This document shows, in pieces, positions 6,882 through 16,985 of a stretch of 64,000 nt of DNA. Source of the stretch: Dehalococcoidales bacterium (GTDB lineage: Bacteria > Chloroflexota > Dehalococcoidia > Dehalococcoidales > UBA5627); contig DAOUFJ010000030.1 in NCBI GenBank assembly GCA_034429935.1, forward strand, positions 47,261-111,260, read 5' to 3'. Below the pieces are notes generated by a model, which saw nothing but the letters and a program-made list of their open reading frames with translations, was not told the origin of the DNA and did no database searches. The position numbers and the translations under genes are program-made. Within the stretch, counting starts at the first letter, position 1. Each line of letters begins with the position of its first letter.

Positions 6882-9359
6882 TTACCCCTCCGCCCCTCCG
6901 TCGTCAATCACTTTCCCCAGTTCTTCCTCCACCTGCTCCATCAGCCTGGCGGCACGCGGGTAGCCGATGTGCAGTTTACGCTGCAAGTACGAAGTCGAAA
7001 CCTGCTCGTGCTCCTTTGCCAATTCCAGCGCTTCCGCGAGTAGCGGGTCTTTGGGATATTCGTCCTTCTTCCCCGCAGTAACGATATCGGGAATTACCAC
7101 CTCTTCCAGCTTGAGCGAAGGGGCTTCGGCGCCTTCCTGCTGCTCGGGTTTCTGGCTGTTCCAGAAGTAAACCAGTCTTTCCACTTCGGAATCGGAAACA
7201 AAGCAGCCCTGCAGACGCTTGGGCTTGGCTTCTTCGGTAGGCATATATAACATATCGCCTTTGCCCAGCAGTTTCTCGGCGCCTACCATATCGAGGATGG
7301 TGCGCGAGTCTACCTGCGAGGTAACGGCAAAGCTGATACGCGTCGGGAAGTTGGCCTTGATTAAACCGGTAACCACGTCTACCGACGGACGCTGCGTTGC
7401 CACCACCAGGTGGATGCCGATGGCGCGGGCAAGCTGTGCCAGCCTGCACAGGATATGCTCCACTTCATCGAAGCCGGCCATCATCAGGTCGGCCAGTTCG
7501 TCTATCACCAGCACGATATTGGGCATCTTGTCCTTGCCGGTTCTGGTCTTGTTGTATCCTTCCAGGTTACGCGCTCCGGCGGCTGCCAGCTTCTGGTAGC
7601 GCATGTCCATTTCCTGGTTCAGCCAGCGCATGGCGTTCAGCGCCTTGTTGGTATCGACGATAACCGGAGTCATCAAATGCGGCAGGCTGTTGAACTGCAC
7701 CAGTTCCACCCTCTTGGGGTCTACCATAATCAGTCTGGTATCGTAAGGCGTATTGCACATCAGCAGGCAGCAGATGATAGCGTTCAAACAGACGGTTTTA
7801 CCGCTTCCGGTAGCACCGGCGATTAGAAGATGCGGCATCTTGGCGAGGTCTCCGGATATGGCTTCGCCTCCGGCGCCTTTGCCTAAGGCCATCGCCAGCT
7901 TGGATTTTGCCAGCAGCTTCTGGAAATTGTTGCTCTCGATGACGCTTCTTAAGCTGACGGTGCCGAACGAGCTATTGGGCACTTCGATGCCGACGGCGGA
8001 CTTGCCAGGAATAGGGGCTTCGATTCTGATGGTCGGCGATGCCAGCGCCAGCGCCAGGTCGTTGGAGAGGGAAGTGATTTTATCTACCTTGACCCTGGTA
8101 CGTGATACCTCTTCGTATCTCTCCCTGACGTTGCCGTTCTCGTCTCTCTCTTTTATCAGCTTGGTTTTGACATCCCAGCCGGGCTCGATTTCAAACTGCG
8201 TAACGGTAGGCCCGACGTTTATCTGGATTACCTTGGCGTCCACGCCGTAGCTTGCCAGCGCTTCGTCTATCTTATGTGCCCGCAGGGCATTATCCGCCTG
8301 CCCGTATTCCAGTTCGACAGCTTTGTCCAGTATATCGACGGGCGGCAGTTTCCAGCCGTCCAGCATTACCAGTGATGAAGATTGCCCGTACTTGCGCCAG
8401 ACATCCTGCGCTACCTGCGTTATATCGGATTTCTCCGTTTTTTCGGTCTTCTCCGGCCTCGGTTGTGCGGCGGCTGCCTCGGCTTCCTGCTTGTTCTTCA
8501 TGGCTTCGGCCACCAGAGAATCCGCAACCGGTTTCTTCCTGTCCACTTCTGGAGGAATCAAGACCTTCGGCGGGACTATCTTCTCGGTCAGCGGTTCGTG
8601 TTTGTCCGGCTCGCTGACAGGCTGCACTTTGGTTTGATGCTCTTTTACCAGCAGTACATCCGGCGGCGGCACGGTCTTCTTCTCCGCAAACTTCCTGTTA
8701 TAGTAGTCCGGTGTCTGAAGTGGCGTCTGATAGCCCGGTTTTTCCGGTTTGACCTGTGTCGCCGGCGATGTAAAAGGCTTCGTTATCCACATGGAGAATT
8801 TTACCCAGCCGTGCAGGCAGGCGCGCGGTGCAATCAGTATAATGCCCAGCACGAACAGTCCCGCTACCCTTAAAATACCGATAAATGTATCGTAGCTTAC
8901 GATGCTGCGTCCGAAGCTGCCGCCCACATCGGACAGCCCCAGTACCCCCCAGACGGCGAAGAAGATGGCGGCACCGCCCAGCCACTTGTTCCACAGGTAG
9001 AGCCTGTAGCGTTGTATGAAAGCGCCGAGCGGCTGGCGGTAGATTATGCAAAGAATGATGATAATCGCCAGCAGGATGAGTATGATTCCCCATCCCAGGA
9101 CGCCTATGGTATCGGTAACGGTGCCGGTAATCCAGTTATAAATGTTGTCCCACTGCCATGAGAGAACCGCCAGAATGGCGATTAACAGGATTGTGCGGCG
9201 CACCCATTTCGAAAAGAGAAAACGGAAGAAGCCCTTAACAGGGGAGCCTCCGCTGCTTCTTTTTAACGGTTTGGGAGCGGCAGCTCTTACCGGCTTCTTC
9301 TTTGCCGGGGGCTTTACTGCTTTGGAGGCAGGCTGTTTTTTAGCTGTAGTTTTTGCCAT
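6882..9359 (-). CDS. ftsK: DNA translocase FtsK/SpoIIIE
   Basis: 825 aa with N-terminal TM helices, a Pro/Lys-rich linker, the motor domain (LLIAGATGSGKTVCLNAII Walker A, VLVIDELADLMM Walker B) and a C-terminal gamma winged helix (STSYLQRKLHIGYPRAARLMEQ). Confidence 0.95.
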   Translation of the reverse strand: MAKTTAKKQPASKAVKPPAKKKPVRAAAPKPLKRSSGGSPVKGFFRFLFSKWVRRTILLIAILAVLSWQWDNIYNWITGTVTDTIGVLGWGIILILLAIIIILCIIYRQPLGAFIQRYRLYLWNKWLGGAAIFFAVWGVLGLSDVGGSFGRSIVSYDTFIGILRVAGLFVLGIILIAPRACLHGWVKFSMWITKPFTSPATQVKPEKPGYQTPLQTPDYYNRKFAEKKTVPPPDVLLVKEHQTKVQPVSEPDKHEPLTEKIVPPKVLIPPEVDRKKPVADSLVAEAMKNKQEAEAAAAQPRPEKTEKTEKSDITQVAQDVWRKYGQSSSLVMLDGWKLPPVDILDKAVELEYGQADNALRAHKIDEALASYGVDAKVIQINVGPTVTQFEIEPGWDVKTKLIKERDENGNVRERYEEVSRTRVKVDKITSLSNDLALALASPTIRIEAPIPGKSAVGIEVPNSSFGTVSLRSVIESNNFQKLLAKSKLAMALGKGAGGEAISGDLAKMPHLLIAGATGSGKTVCLNAIICCLLMCNTPYDTRLIMVDPKRVELVQFNSLPHLMTPVIVDTNKALNAMRWLNQEMDMRYQKLAAAGARNLEGYNKTRTGKDKMPNIVLVIDELADLMMAGFDEVEHILCRLAQLARAIGIHLVVATQRPSVDVVTGLIKANFPTRISFAVTSQVDSRTILDMVGAEKLLGKGDMLYMPTEEAKPKRLQGCFVSDSEVERLVYFWNSQKPEQQEGAEAPSLKLEEVVIPDIVTAGKKDEYPKDPLLAEALELAKEHEQVSTSYLQRKLHIGYPRAARLMEQVEEELGKVIDDGGAEG

Positions 9360-9384
9360 AGCATTTCACCATCCCGGTATGACC

Positions 9385-11055
9385 TTATACCTTGACCATC
9401 ACGGGGAGAATCATCGGACGTCTCTTGGTCTGGTCGAAATAGAATTTGTTAAGTTCCGCCCTGATTCTACTATCGGGGAAACCGATTTCAGCAGCAAATT
9501 CGCCCTCGTGATTCATGATTTTGGTTACGATATCGCGGCTGGCTTCCAGCATGTCCTTGCTTTCGTTGCTATCGACAAAACCCCTGGTGACGATATCGGG
9601 GCGCCCCACCAGTTTATCGTCCTGCTTTCTGACAGCTATTATGATTACCACGATGCCGTCGCGCGAAAGCATGCGCCTGTTGCGCAGCACCACGCCGCCG
9701 ACGTCCCCGACGCTCAAACCGTCTACATAAACATTCCCCGATTCGACCTTACCGGCTTTTTTACCGCCGAGCGTGGTCAATTCGAGGATATCTCCGTCTT
9801 CCAGCGTGAAGATTCTCTCTGCTGGAATTCCGACACTTTCGGCAAGTCTTGAGTGGAAACTCAGGTGTCTGTATTCTCCATGAACGGGGATAAAGAATCT
9901 CGGTTTTACCAGGTTCAGCATCAGTTTCAATTCTTCCTGGGCGGCATGGCCGTGAACATGTGTCTGCGCCATCCTGCCGTAATATACCTCGGCGCCCTGT
10001 TTGAAGAGGTTATCTACAGTCCTGTTGACCAGCGATTCGTTCCCCGGTATCGGGGATGCCGAGTAGATAACGGTGTCGCCTTTGATGATGCTGATTTGCC
10101 GGTGGTCGTGGTTGGCTATTCTAACCAATCCGGATGTAGGTTCACCCTGGCTGCCGGTGGTGATGATGACCACTTTTTCATGTGGCAGTTTGTGCATATC
10201 CTCTATTTTGGCAAGCACTCCGTTGGGAGCCTTGAGATATCCCAGTTCGAGCGAAATTTTTACCGTTTCCGTCATGCTGCGCCCGATGATAAAGACCTTG
10301 CGCTGGTGCTTGACGGCGGCATCGATAACCTGCTGCACGCGGGTTACCAGCGATGCAAAGGTAGTTACGATTACCCTCCCTTTAGCGTGGGCGATGATAT
10401 TCTCCAGAGCTTCCCCGACCACTTTTTCGGAAGGGGTATAGCCCGGCACTTCGGCATAGGTGGAATCGGAAAAGAGCAGCAAAACTCCCTGTGTGCCGAC
10501 CTGCGCCAGCCTCGAGAGGTCTGTTTGCGGGCCGGTTACCGGGGTATGGTCCAGTTTGAAGTCGCCGGTGTGCACCAGCGTACCGATAGGCGTCTGGATA
10601 ATCAGTCCTGCGGCGTCCGGAATGCTGTGGCATACCGGGAAGAATTCCACCCGGAACTTGCCCAGGTTGATTTGCTCCCCGAATGTTACCACGTTGAGTT
10701 GTGCTCCCGCCAGAGCCTTTCTCTCCTTGAGTTTCCCTGAGATAAGTCCTTTTGCCAGCTTCGTGCAATATACCGGAACGTTCAGCTGCGGCAGGATATA
10801 CGGCAGAGCGCCCACATGGTCTTCATGGGCATGAGTGATGCAGATGGCCTTGATTTTTTCCTTGTTTTCCAGCAGGTAGCTGATATCCGGAATTACCAGG
10901 TCGATGCCCAGCATCTCCTGTTCCGGAAACATAAGTCCCGCATCGATGACGATAATCTCGTCACCGTATTCCAGGACGGTCATATTTTTCCCTATTTCAC
11001 CCAATCCCCCGAGAGGGATTACTTTCAATTTACTTGGTTTTTTGAATTTTCTCAC
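9385..11055 (-). CDS. rnj: ribonuclease J (metallo-beta-lactamase/beta-CASP)
   Basis: 556 aa. VIPLGGLGEIGKNM, ITHAHEDHVGALP (HxHxDH), the beta-CASP region and a C-terminal domain. Confidence 0.93.
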   Translation of the reverse strand: MRKFKKPSKLKVIPLGGLGEIGKNMTVLEYGDEIIVIDAGLMFPEQEMLGIDLVIPDISYLLENKEKIKAICITHAHEDHVGALPYILPQLNVPVYCTKLAKGLISGKLKERKALAGAQLNVVTFGEQINLGKFRVEFFPVCHSIPDAAGLIIQTPIGTLVHTGDFKLDHTPVTGPQTDLSRLAQVGTQGVLLLFSDSTYAEVPGYTPSEKVVGEALENIIAHAKGRVIVTTFASLVTRVQQVIDAAVKHQRKVFIIGRSMTETVKISLELGYLKAPNGVLAKIEDMHKLPHEKVVIITTGSQGEPTSGLVRIANHDHRQISIIKGDTVIYSASPIPGNESLVNRTVDNLFKQGAEVYYGRMAQTHVHGHAAQEELKLMLNLVKPRFFIPVHGEYRHLSFHSRLAESVGIPAERIFTLEDGDILELTTLGGKKAGKVESGNVYVDGLSVGDVGGVVLRNRRMLSRDGIVVIIIAVRKQDDKLVGRPDIVTRGFVDSNESKDMLEASRDIVTKIMNHEGEFAAEIGFPDSRIRAELNKFYFDQTKRRPMILPVMVKV

Positions 11056-11057
11056 TT

Positions 11058-11681
11058 TTAAACCTCGAACATATTTAACTGTTTTGCAACGGGCTCAGAT
11101 TCCTTTTTCTCTTCCTTTGCTTCCACGGAATTTTTACTCTGGGCGATATATCCGGGAAGCTTGAGAAAATCAGCCTTGATTACGTCTTTTAAGTTTCCCT
11201 GATGCAGCGCTGCCGCCGGGTGGTACATGGCAACGTAAAGCACGCCATCCCTTTTCTCAGCAGTGCCATGAATTTTACTGATGCTCTTCTGCGGAAAGAA
11301 CATGGCCATGGAATAGCGGCCCAGAGTTACTATTACCTTGGGGCGGATAATCTCAATCTGTTTGTTCAACCATTGACGGCAGTTAAGTATCTCCTGAGGC
11401 AACGGGTCACGGTTAGCCGGAGGACGGCACTTGATAACATTGGCGATATAGACCTGTTTACGATTCAGATTGATAGAAACCAGCAGTTCGTCCAGGAATT
11501 TACCTGCCGGCCCTACGAAAGGACGCCCCTGCTGGTCTTCATGAAACCCGGGGGCTTCCCCGATAAACATTATTTCAGCATCTTCTGCGCCTTCACCCGG
11601 TACGACCTTGATTCGGGACCGGGCAATCTCACATCTCTCACAGCACCTAATATTCTCATAAAGCTCGCTAAGCGCTGACAT
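11058..11681 (-). CDS. uracil-DNA glycosylase, family 4 (Fe-S type)
   Basis: CERCEI..., FIGEAPGFHEDQQGRPFVGPAGKFL and HPAAAL motifs. Confidence 0.9.
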   Translation of the reverse strand: MSALSELYENIRCCERCEIARSRIKVVPGEGAEDAEIMFIGEAPGFHEDQQGRPFVGPAGKFLDELLVSINLNRKQVYIANVIKCRPPANRDPLPQEILNCRQWLNKQIEIIRPKVIVTLGRYSMAMFFPQKSISKIHGTAEKRDGVLYVAMYHPAAALHQGNLKDVIKADFLKLPGYIAQSKNSVEAKEEKKESEPVAKQLNMFEV

Positions 11682-11921
11682 TATTTCCCTGTATAAAGAA
11701 GTAAAAGTTTGAATCCCATCTTTCCACTATGATAACACGTGGTATATGTCAAGTCAATTAAATCGGTGGAGAAAGGCAGGATTGGCTGACGAAGAAAACT
11801 GCTTTTTCCTTAGCACCTTTTTCGATTTGCCAGCGAGCGATTCTCTTTACATTCCAGGGTAAAATCATAGATTTAAATGGTACAGCCCGTTTGCATTTGA
11901 ATCGAGACTTCTAATAAACTG

Positions 11922-11951
11922 TTAACACAATCTCTCTTGATATAGTATAAT
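11922..11951 (+). promoter_or_regulatory. candidate sigma70-type promoter (TTAACA - 18 nt - TATAAT) for the 11979 gene
   Basis: TTAACA at 11922-11927 and TATAAT at 11946-11951. AGGAGGGA precedes ATG 11979. Confidence 0.35.
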
Positions 11952-11978
11952 CATAAACAGCATTAACAGGAGGGACGC

Positions 11979-12374
11979 ATGATAGAACGGCAGGATATAC
12001 AGTCGGCATATGATGATATTGTGGCTCATATAGAGAAACAGAGCGGCAAATATGACACCTGGTATGCAGACACCACCTCTGACTGGAAGGCCACTATATT
12101 CAAGGAGCATAAGGTTCCGCCTAAAGGATACTGGTGGATGGTGCGGCAGTGCTATACGCCGATTGCCGCCAGGGCTGTTAAAGATTCGCTGGTCGAACTG
12201 GGGTGTAAGGCCGGGGACAACACGGAAGACGGCAGAAACGTGGTTTATGTATATGCCTATTTGATGAGCGAAATAACGAAGCAGGGCGATGAGGATGATG
12301 TTCAGGCTCCGCCGGCGGCAGAGACGCCGTCCGAAAAATCATCTGAACCTCCGCCTGCTGCGCCTCAGTCTTAA
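11979..12374 (+). CDS. hypothetical protein with an acidic/Pro-rich tail
   Basis: 131 aa, strong SD (AGGAGG), no family recognised. Confidence 0.5.
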   Translation: MIERQDIQSAYDDIVAHIEKQSGKYDTWYADTTSDWKATIFKEHKVPPKGYWWMVRQCYTPIAARAVKDSLVELGCKAGDNTEDGRNVVYVYAYLMSEITKQGDEDDVQAPPAAETPSEKSSEPPPAAPQS

Positions 12375-12469
12375 CTATAAAACTCGAACGTCGGTCATTT
12401 TTAAGTCGGGGATGCGTAAAAGTACCCCGGCTTTTTTACGCTCGTTGATTGTCCTTTACGAATTTGATA

Positions 12470-12830
12470 TGGTAAACAGTAGTGTCATTCTGGAGGCCAT
12501 AAGGGATGGCCGAAGAATCCGGGGGGGGGGAGAAGCAGCACAAAGGTATCTGCGGCAACAGGTAGGAAATTCTTTATTAACCATCGCTCCTCAGATGCTT
12601 CATTCGACCACCACAAATTCAGCATGACAAAAAATCGTCGTTGCGAAGACGCCTCAGGCGGATGAAGCAATCTCTACAATACACTCTAATTACCTCGCCA
12701 CGTATATATAATTAAAAGCGCAACCCCGACAATATTGAACGGTAGAGATTGCCGTTATGGTTCGACAGGCTCACCACGAACGGCTCTGTTAGTATTCGCA
12801 CAACCTGAGCCTGTCGAATGATGACAGTTT
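12470..12830. repeat. hairpin repeat module cluster (D 12484-12519, E-inverted 12594-12628, A 12637-12675, B 12759-12784 with partner 12805-12827) plus a G10 tract at 12521-12530
   Basis: GTCATTCTGGAggccataagggatggcCGAAGAATC; gatgcttcattcgaccaccacaaattcagcatgac; GTCGTTGCGAAgacgcctcaggcggaTGAAGCAATCTCT; ggttcgacaggctcaccacgaacggc. Confidence 0.8.
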
Positions 12831-12835
12831 TATTA

Positions 12836-13318
12836 TTAGAAAAGCGAAACGATGAAGAAGCCGGCCATCACCAGTATCAGTACGACTTTCATCAGGCTGC
12901 CGAAGAGGAAGCCGACGAGGGTGCCGAAAGCCGATTTGAAAGCCTGGTCTGCAGGTTTGCCTGCTGCCAATTCTCCGATAAGGGCTCCCAAAAGCGGGCC
13001 GAGGATAATTCCCCACATTTGAAAGATAATAATGCCCAGAAGCAATCCGATGGAGGCTCCGATAATACCCCATTTGCCGGCCTTGTATTTCTTGGCTCCC
13101 AGCAGCGGAGCGATATAATCCAGCAGAAGTGCGAATACCGTCAATGCGGCAAAGACGATGATGGTGGTAACAGAGATACGCTCCCAGTCCGTTCCGATGG
13201 CATAGATGAACAATCCCAGCCAGGCAACGGGGATACCCGGTAAAAACGGCAATATCACTCCCAGCAAGCCGACGATAATCAGCACCGCGCATATTATGGC
13301 GAAAATCACTGTTTCCAT
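12836..13318 (-). CDS. DUF456 family membrane protein
   Basis: 160 aa with 4 TM helices. The N-terminus IVGLLGVILPFLPGIPVAWLGLFIYA is typical of DUF456. Confidence 0.65.
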   Translation of the reverse strand: METVIFAIICAVLIIVGLLGVILPFLPGIPVAWLGLFIYAIGTDWERISVTTIIVFAALTVFALLLDYIAPLLGAKKYKAGKWGIIGASIGLLLGIIIFQMWGIILGPLLGALIGELAAGKPADQAFKSAFGTLVGFLFGSLMKVVLILVMAGFFIVSLF

Positions 13319-13752
13319 CTGTTTTTATCCTTTGTTTTCTTCAATTCATCGACCCTGCAATTATAGCAGATACCGTTATGGCAGCAAATCGTGGAGTGGC
13401 AATCAGGGCATTTCCATTTCTGTTCTTCCTTCTCAAGAAACTTATCCATCCCGTAATCCCGTATGTATTGCTGGTTCTCTATCATGCTCATGCGGTATCG
13501 TTTTTTATACGTGTCATCAAGCTTTTGCAATTTTTCACATGGGAAATCGGGACATTCGTAGCAGAACCGTATCTTTCTTTTACGTAATAAATCGCATTGT
13601 TTTTGCACGAAGGCGCATTTTCTGTCGCGCGGACGGCAGCCGGAGCAATATGTAATATCGACACCCTTGCCCTGAACATCGTTTTGCATCGCCAGGTATC
13701 TGGTACACAGCCCGCAGTTCATTCCGCAGGGCGCAATCAGTTCCCTTTCCAT
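13306..13752 (-). CDS. DUF3795-type cysteine-rich protein
   Basis: IAPCGMNCGLCTRYL...CSGCR...FCYECPDFPCEKL is the pattern of the DUF3795 family. Confidence 0.65.
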   Translation of the reverse strand: MERELIAPCGMNCGLCTRYLAMQNDVQGKGVDITYCSGCRPRDRKCAFVQKQCDLLRKRKIRFCYECPDFPCEKLQKLDDTYKKRYRMSMIENQQYIRDYGMDKFLEKEEQKWKCPDCHSTICCHNGICYNCRVDELKKTKDKNRWKQ

Positions 13753-14301
13753 CTATTTTATGCTCTCCGCCAGTTGCCGCCCCAGTCTGCGGGCGGCTTC
13801 GGTCAAAGCCGGATTATACCTGGCGTCGTCCGGTTTTAACGCCAGACCGCTGACGACAAATCTTTTATCTTCCGGCACCTTCATCTCCCTGAGGAAAAGG
13901 TTCAAAGTTCTCACCGTGTCTTCCAGCCCCGACTCTTCTGCCACGACAATGATTCCGGCGGCTCTGGCTTTATATGAAGTCTCGTGTTTATATAAAAAGT
14001 AGTTCCGGTCTATGAATGTCTTCATCTGGGCGGAAGCATTATAGTAGTAAACGGGGGTTGCCAGTATCACGCCGTCGGCTTCACGGAACTTGTCGAGAAT
14101 ATCGACCGCATCGTCCTGATGAGCGCATTTAGTTAAAGATGCACAGTTGATATGCCCGTCGCAGGGATGAATCTTGTACTGATTCAAAATTATCTTTTCG
14201 GTGGTTGCTCCCAGCTTTCGGGCTTCGTCCAGCGCCTGGTCGACAAGATAGCTGGTATTGCCTTTAAGCCTCGGGCTGCCCGCTATAGCTAAAATATTCA
14301 A
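13753..14301 (-). CDS. flavodoxin-like NAD(P)H-dependent FMN reductase / iron-sulfur flavoprotein-like
   Basis: MNILAIAGSPRLKGNTSYLVD..., VILATPVYYYNASAQMKTFIDR and a Cys cluster HPCDGHINCASLTKC. Confidence 0.75.
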   Translation of the reverse strand: MNILAIAGSPRLKGNTSYLVDQALDEARKLGATTEKIILNQYKIHPCDGHINCASLTKCAHQDDAVDILDKFREADGVILATPVYYYNASAQMKTFIDRNYFLYKHETSYKARAAGIIVVAEESGLEDTVRTLNLFLREMKVPEDKRFVVSGLALKPDDARYNPALTEAARRLGRQLAESIK

Positions 14302-14319
14302 CCTGTCCCCCTTTAAAAA

Positions 14320-14799
14320 TCATCTGCCGAGTTTTCCGAAAGATATATGATACAGCAGATAATCCCATGAATTTCCCGTCAGATTGCCGAGACGTGTCAT
14401 CCTGAGATTTAAATTGATAGCCTCTGCTTTTTCATCCCCGTATATATCCTCTAGTTTATTGACGGCATCCGCATCGGGGCGGGCGTTGGATTCAGCCCAG
14501 TACTGGGCGTAAATCAAGGCGACGGATTCATCTTCCGGGCAATTGGCAATGCTTCCTGAAAGCAGTACTTCGATTTCCTCAGGAGTCATTCCGCTTTTGA
14601 GAGCCTGTTTGGCATGGAAATAGGAGCAATAGCGGCAGCCGTTCACTGCGGTTACGGCCAGCATCAGCCTTTCCCTGAAGGCGGGGGATATTATGCCTTT
14701 ATCCTTTATTTCCCGGATTTTCTTCGTGTTTTTGATTAGAAACCATATGTCCCCGAAGAATTCACCGGGGTTTTTGTATGTTCTTTTTTTAAATTTCAT
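14320..14799 (-). CDS. carboxymuconolactone decarboxylase (AhpD-like) family protein
   Basis: The AVTAVNGCRYCSYFH CxxC motif is typical of the CMD/AhpD fold. Confidence 0.75.
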   Translation of the reverse strand: MKFKKRTYKNPGEFFGDIWFLIKNTKKIREIKDKGIISPAFRERLMLAVTAVNGCRYCSYFHAKQALKSGMTPEEIEVLLSGSIANCPEDESVALIYAQYWAESNARPDADAVNKLEDIYGDEKAEAINLNLRMTRLGNLTGNSWDYLLYHISFGKLGR

Positions 14800-14947
14800 G
14801 ATTTCCGCCGTTTATACGGAGCGGTGATATTTATATTCTGCCGTTGTGATTATAACACATTAACCGGTGGATTGGGGGGATGCCATATCTGAAAAATGAC
14901 AGGCTTGATTCATTGGACATCCTGTGCGGTTTATGCTAGCATTTCTT

Positions 14948-15313
14948 ATGGAGTATTACAAGCTGATTCTCCCAGAACATTTGAACCACAACGGCAAATT
15001 GTTCGGCGGCAACACCCTCAAGTGGATAGATGAGTTTGCCTATATCACCGCCAGCCAGGAGTTCCCCGGCAACGATTTCCTTACAATTGCCCTTGATAAT
15101 GTCGTCTTCAGAAAAGCCGTAGAGCTCGGAGAAATCATGCGCTTCGTGATTACCCTCAACTACCTCGGCAGAACCTCGGTACAGTATAACGTACGCACTT
15201 TCGGCACCAGGGAAAACAAGGATGTCGATGAAGTCCTCTTCGAGACCAGGATTACCTTCGTGGCCGTGGATGAAGAGGGCAAGAAAACCCCGATCAAGAC
15301 ACGGACGGGATAG
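14948..15313 (+). CDS. acyl-CoA thioesterase (hotdog fold)
   Basis: LPEHLNHNGKLFGGNTLKWIDEFAYITA is typical of the 4HBT/YciA type. The likely start is ATG 14948 (track start 14924). Confidence 0.8.
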   Translation: MEYYKLILPEHLNHNGKLFGGNTLKWIDEFAYITASQEFPGNDFLTIALDNVVFRKAVELGEIMRFVITLNYLGRTSVQYNVRTFGTRENKDVDEVLFETRITFVAVDEEGKKTPIKTRTG

Positions 15314-15319
15314 GGATAA

Positions 15320-16915
15320 TTAATTCCATTCACCATCCCAAGTAATAAAAATATCAGTGACTATGCCCATTTCTCCTTCAGGAATATACCATCCACCACT
15401 AGGAAAAAGAAAACTCGGATTATACTCTTCCCCTACTTCTAAAACATTAACAATTGCATCATTATTAGGTGGTCCATAACTATCAGTATTTCCAGTATCA
15501 TCTATATATATTATTCCTCTATCTGTTGTTTCAAAAACGACTAAAGCATGACCAGTATCAGATGGTATACCGTAACCAGACGAATCATTATAGTCAGATA
15601 AATCTAATGATACATAACCACAACGTATTCCGGCTTTTTCAGCATTGTTATGCAACATTTCTGCAAAATCGGCACAAATCCTTGGAGGATTGGGCTCTTC
15701 AATACCATCTATAATATTTTGTATTATATCTAAATCGACGTTACTCTCAGCACTTCCATAGTAAAATCCAAACAAGGAAATAGTATATTGGTAGGGATAT
15801 TCATCCGTTTCGTCTGACCGTAAGAAATCTAGTAGTTGTGCATAAGTAGGATTGGTAGCGTTTTTATTATTGATAAGAACAACAAAGTCACTATAACTAT
15901 TACTTAATACTCCATCTGGAGATTTAACAAGTCCTAGATAATAATTCTTGTAGGTACCAGTTTCGAAATCTATTCCTGTACTAGTGATTATTGTTGTTAA
16001 TATACTTGTAGTGGAAAAAGTTTTGATAGATGTAATTGTTGTTGTTTTGGTAGTAGAATTTGTTTTTATATCTGCACTCGTATTAATAGAATGTGTTGTG
16101 GTATTGTTGCTCTTCTTGAGAAATTCAGAGATTTGTTTATATGATGAACTAAAAAAATCTATGGTATTGTTTTTATAGGTAGCCATCGGTTCTACGCCAG
16201 CAAAAGCGAAAACTAAAAATGCGATTATGAGACATAATAGAGTTAATTTCATGCTTGGGTGTCTCCAGCTATTTCGTTTAACAATTCTCCATAACCATAT
16301 GAAGAGTACGATTTCGGCCAGGAAGATTAGACTACTAACAACTACATTTTCATCGAATTGTTGTGAGAATAGATTGATTCCGAACCAAATAAGAATACCT
16401 AGTAGAGAAAGTATGGAAAGATTTAAAATAATCCTATATAAAATACCTATGGCTTTATATTTTTTAGTATAGTAAACAAACCATCTGTCAATTGAAAAAA
16501 TAACGGAAAAACCAATTAGTAAGAAAATAGGGAATACTTCATTAGTTAACAAATTTATTGTTAAACCTGCTGATGAACAGAGGATAATTAAAACAATTGC
16601 TGTTCCCCATTTAGGAATTTTTATTCTTTTATTTGTTCTATGTGTGGGGGTGGTTTTTCCTGAATTATCTATTTGGGTTGAGGTTTTTTTATTAGAGGGA
16701 TTATTTTTAGTCTCTTCTGTTGTATTTGTATCTATATTTTGTCTTCCAAAAGCTTCCAGTAATTTATCCCATTCTTCAGGGGTTAATTTATTTTTTTGTG
16801 AGGGAATCCAATGAAGTTCTTCATTTTTTGATGCCCCTTTGCAGTGGCCGTTATGTTCTCTAGCAGATTCGATGCTAGAAAAGTGTTTCCCGCATTTAGC
16901 ACATATAATATCCAA
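15320..16915 (-). CDS. multi-domain membrane protein: N-terminal C2H2/C2HC-like zinc finger, ~6 TM helices, Thr-rich linker, C-terminal transglutaminase-like Cys-His-Asp domain
   Basis: CAKCGKHFSSIESAREHNGHC is C-x2-C-x12-H-x2-H-C. The hydrophobic block spans about aa 105-260. The Thr-rich linker reads TTKTTTITSIKTFSTTSILTTIITSTG. The C-terminus RICADFAEMLHNNAEKAGIRCGYV...GHALVVFETTDRGIIYIDDTG matches transglutaminase-core order. The region is AT-rich. Confidence 0.6.
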   Translation of the reverse strand: MDIICAKCGKHFSSIESAREHNGHCKGASKNEELHWIPSQKNKLTPEEWDKLLEAFGRQNIDTNTTEETKNNPSNKKTSTQIDNSGKTTPTHRTNKRIKIPKWGTAIVLIILCSSAGLTINLLTNEVFPIFLLIGFSVIFSIDRWFVYYTKKYKAIGILYRIILNLSILSLLGILIWFGINLFSQQFDENVVVSSLIFLAEIVLFIWLWRIVKRNSWRHPSMKLTLLCLIIAFLVFAFAGVEPMATYKNNTIDFFSSSYKQISEFLKKSNNTTTHSINTSADIKTNSTTKTTTITSIKTFSTTSILTTIITSTGIDFETGTYKNYYLGLVKSPDGVLSNSYSDFVVLINNKNATNPTYAQLLDFLRSDETDEYPYQYTISLFGFYYGSAESNVDLDIIQNIIDGIEEPNPPRICADFAEMLHNNAEKAGIRCGYVSLDLSDYNDSSGYGIPSDTGHALVVFETTDRGIIYIDDTGNTDSYGPPNNDAIVNVLEVGEEYNPSFLFPSGGWYIPEGEMGIVTDIFITWDGEWN

Positions 16916-16985
16916 TTGTAATTCTCAAACCGGGTAATTTTATGGTTATTATACATCCGTCTATTTTGTTGTCAATATAAATAAT

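Noticed and set aside
6976-9093. Many ORFs overlapping ftsK on both strands (e.g. 6976-7449, 7410-7826, 7753-8250, 8382-8873, 8698-9093)
   Set aside because: They are shadow ORFs within a high-confidence 825-aa FtsK gene. Their translations are Arg/Gly/Pro-rich with no motifs.
9853-10740. 295-aa plus-strand ORF opposite the RNase J gene, and neighbours (9142-9852, 10382-10768)
   Set aside because: They are antisense to a strongly supported rnj CDS. No recognisable domains are present.
12789-13292. ORFs 12789-13292 (-) and 12818-13243 (+) overlapping the DUF456 gene
   Set aside because: The frame 12836-13318 gives a coherent 4-TM membrane protein. The alternatives are Arg/Gly-rich or acidic low-complexity.
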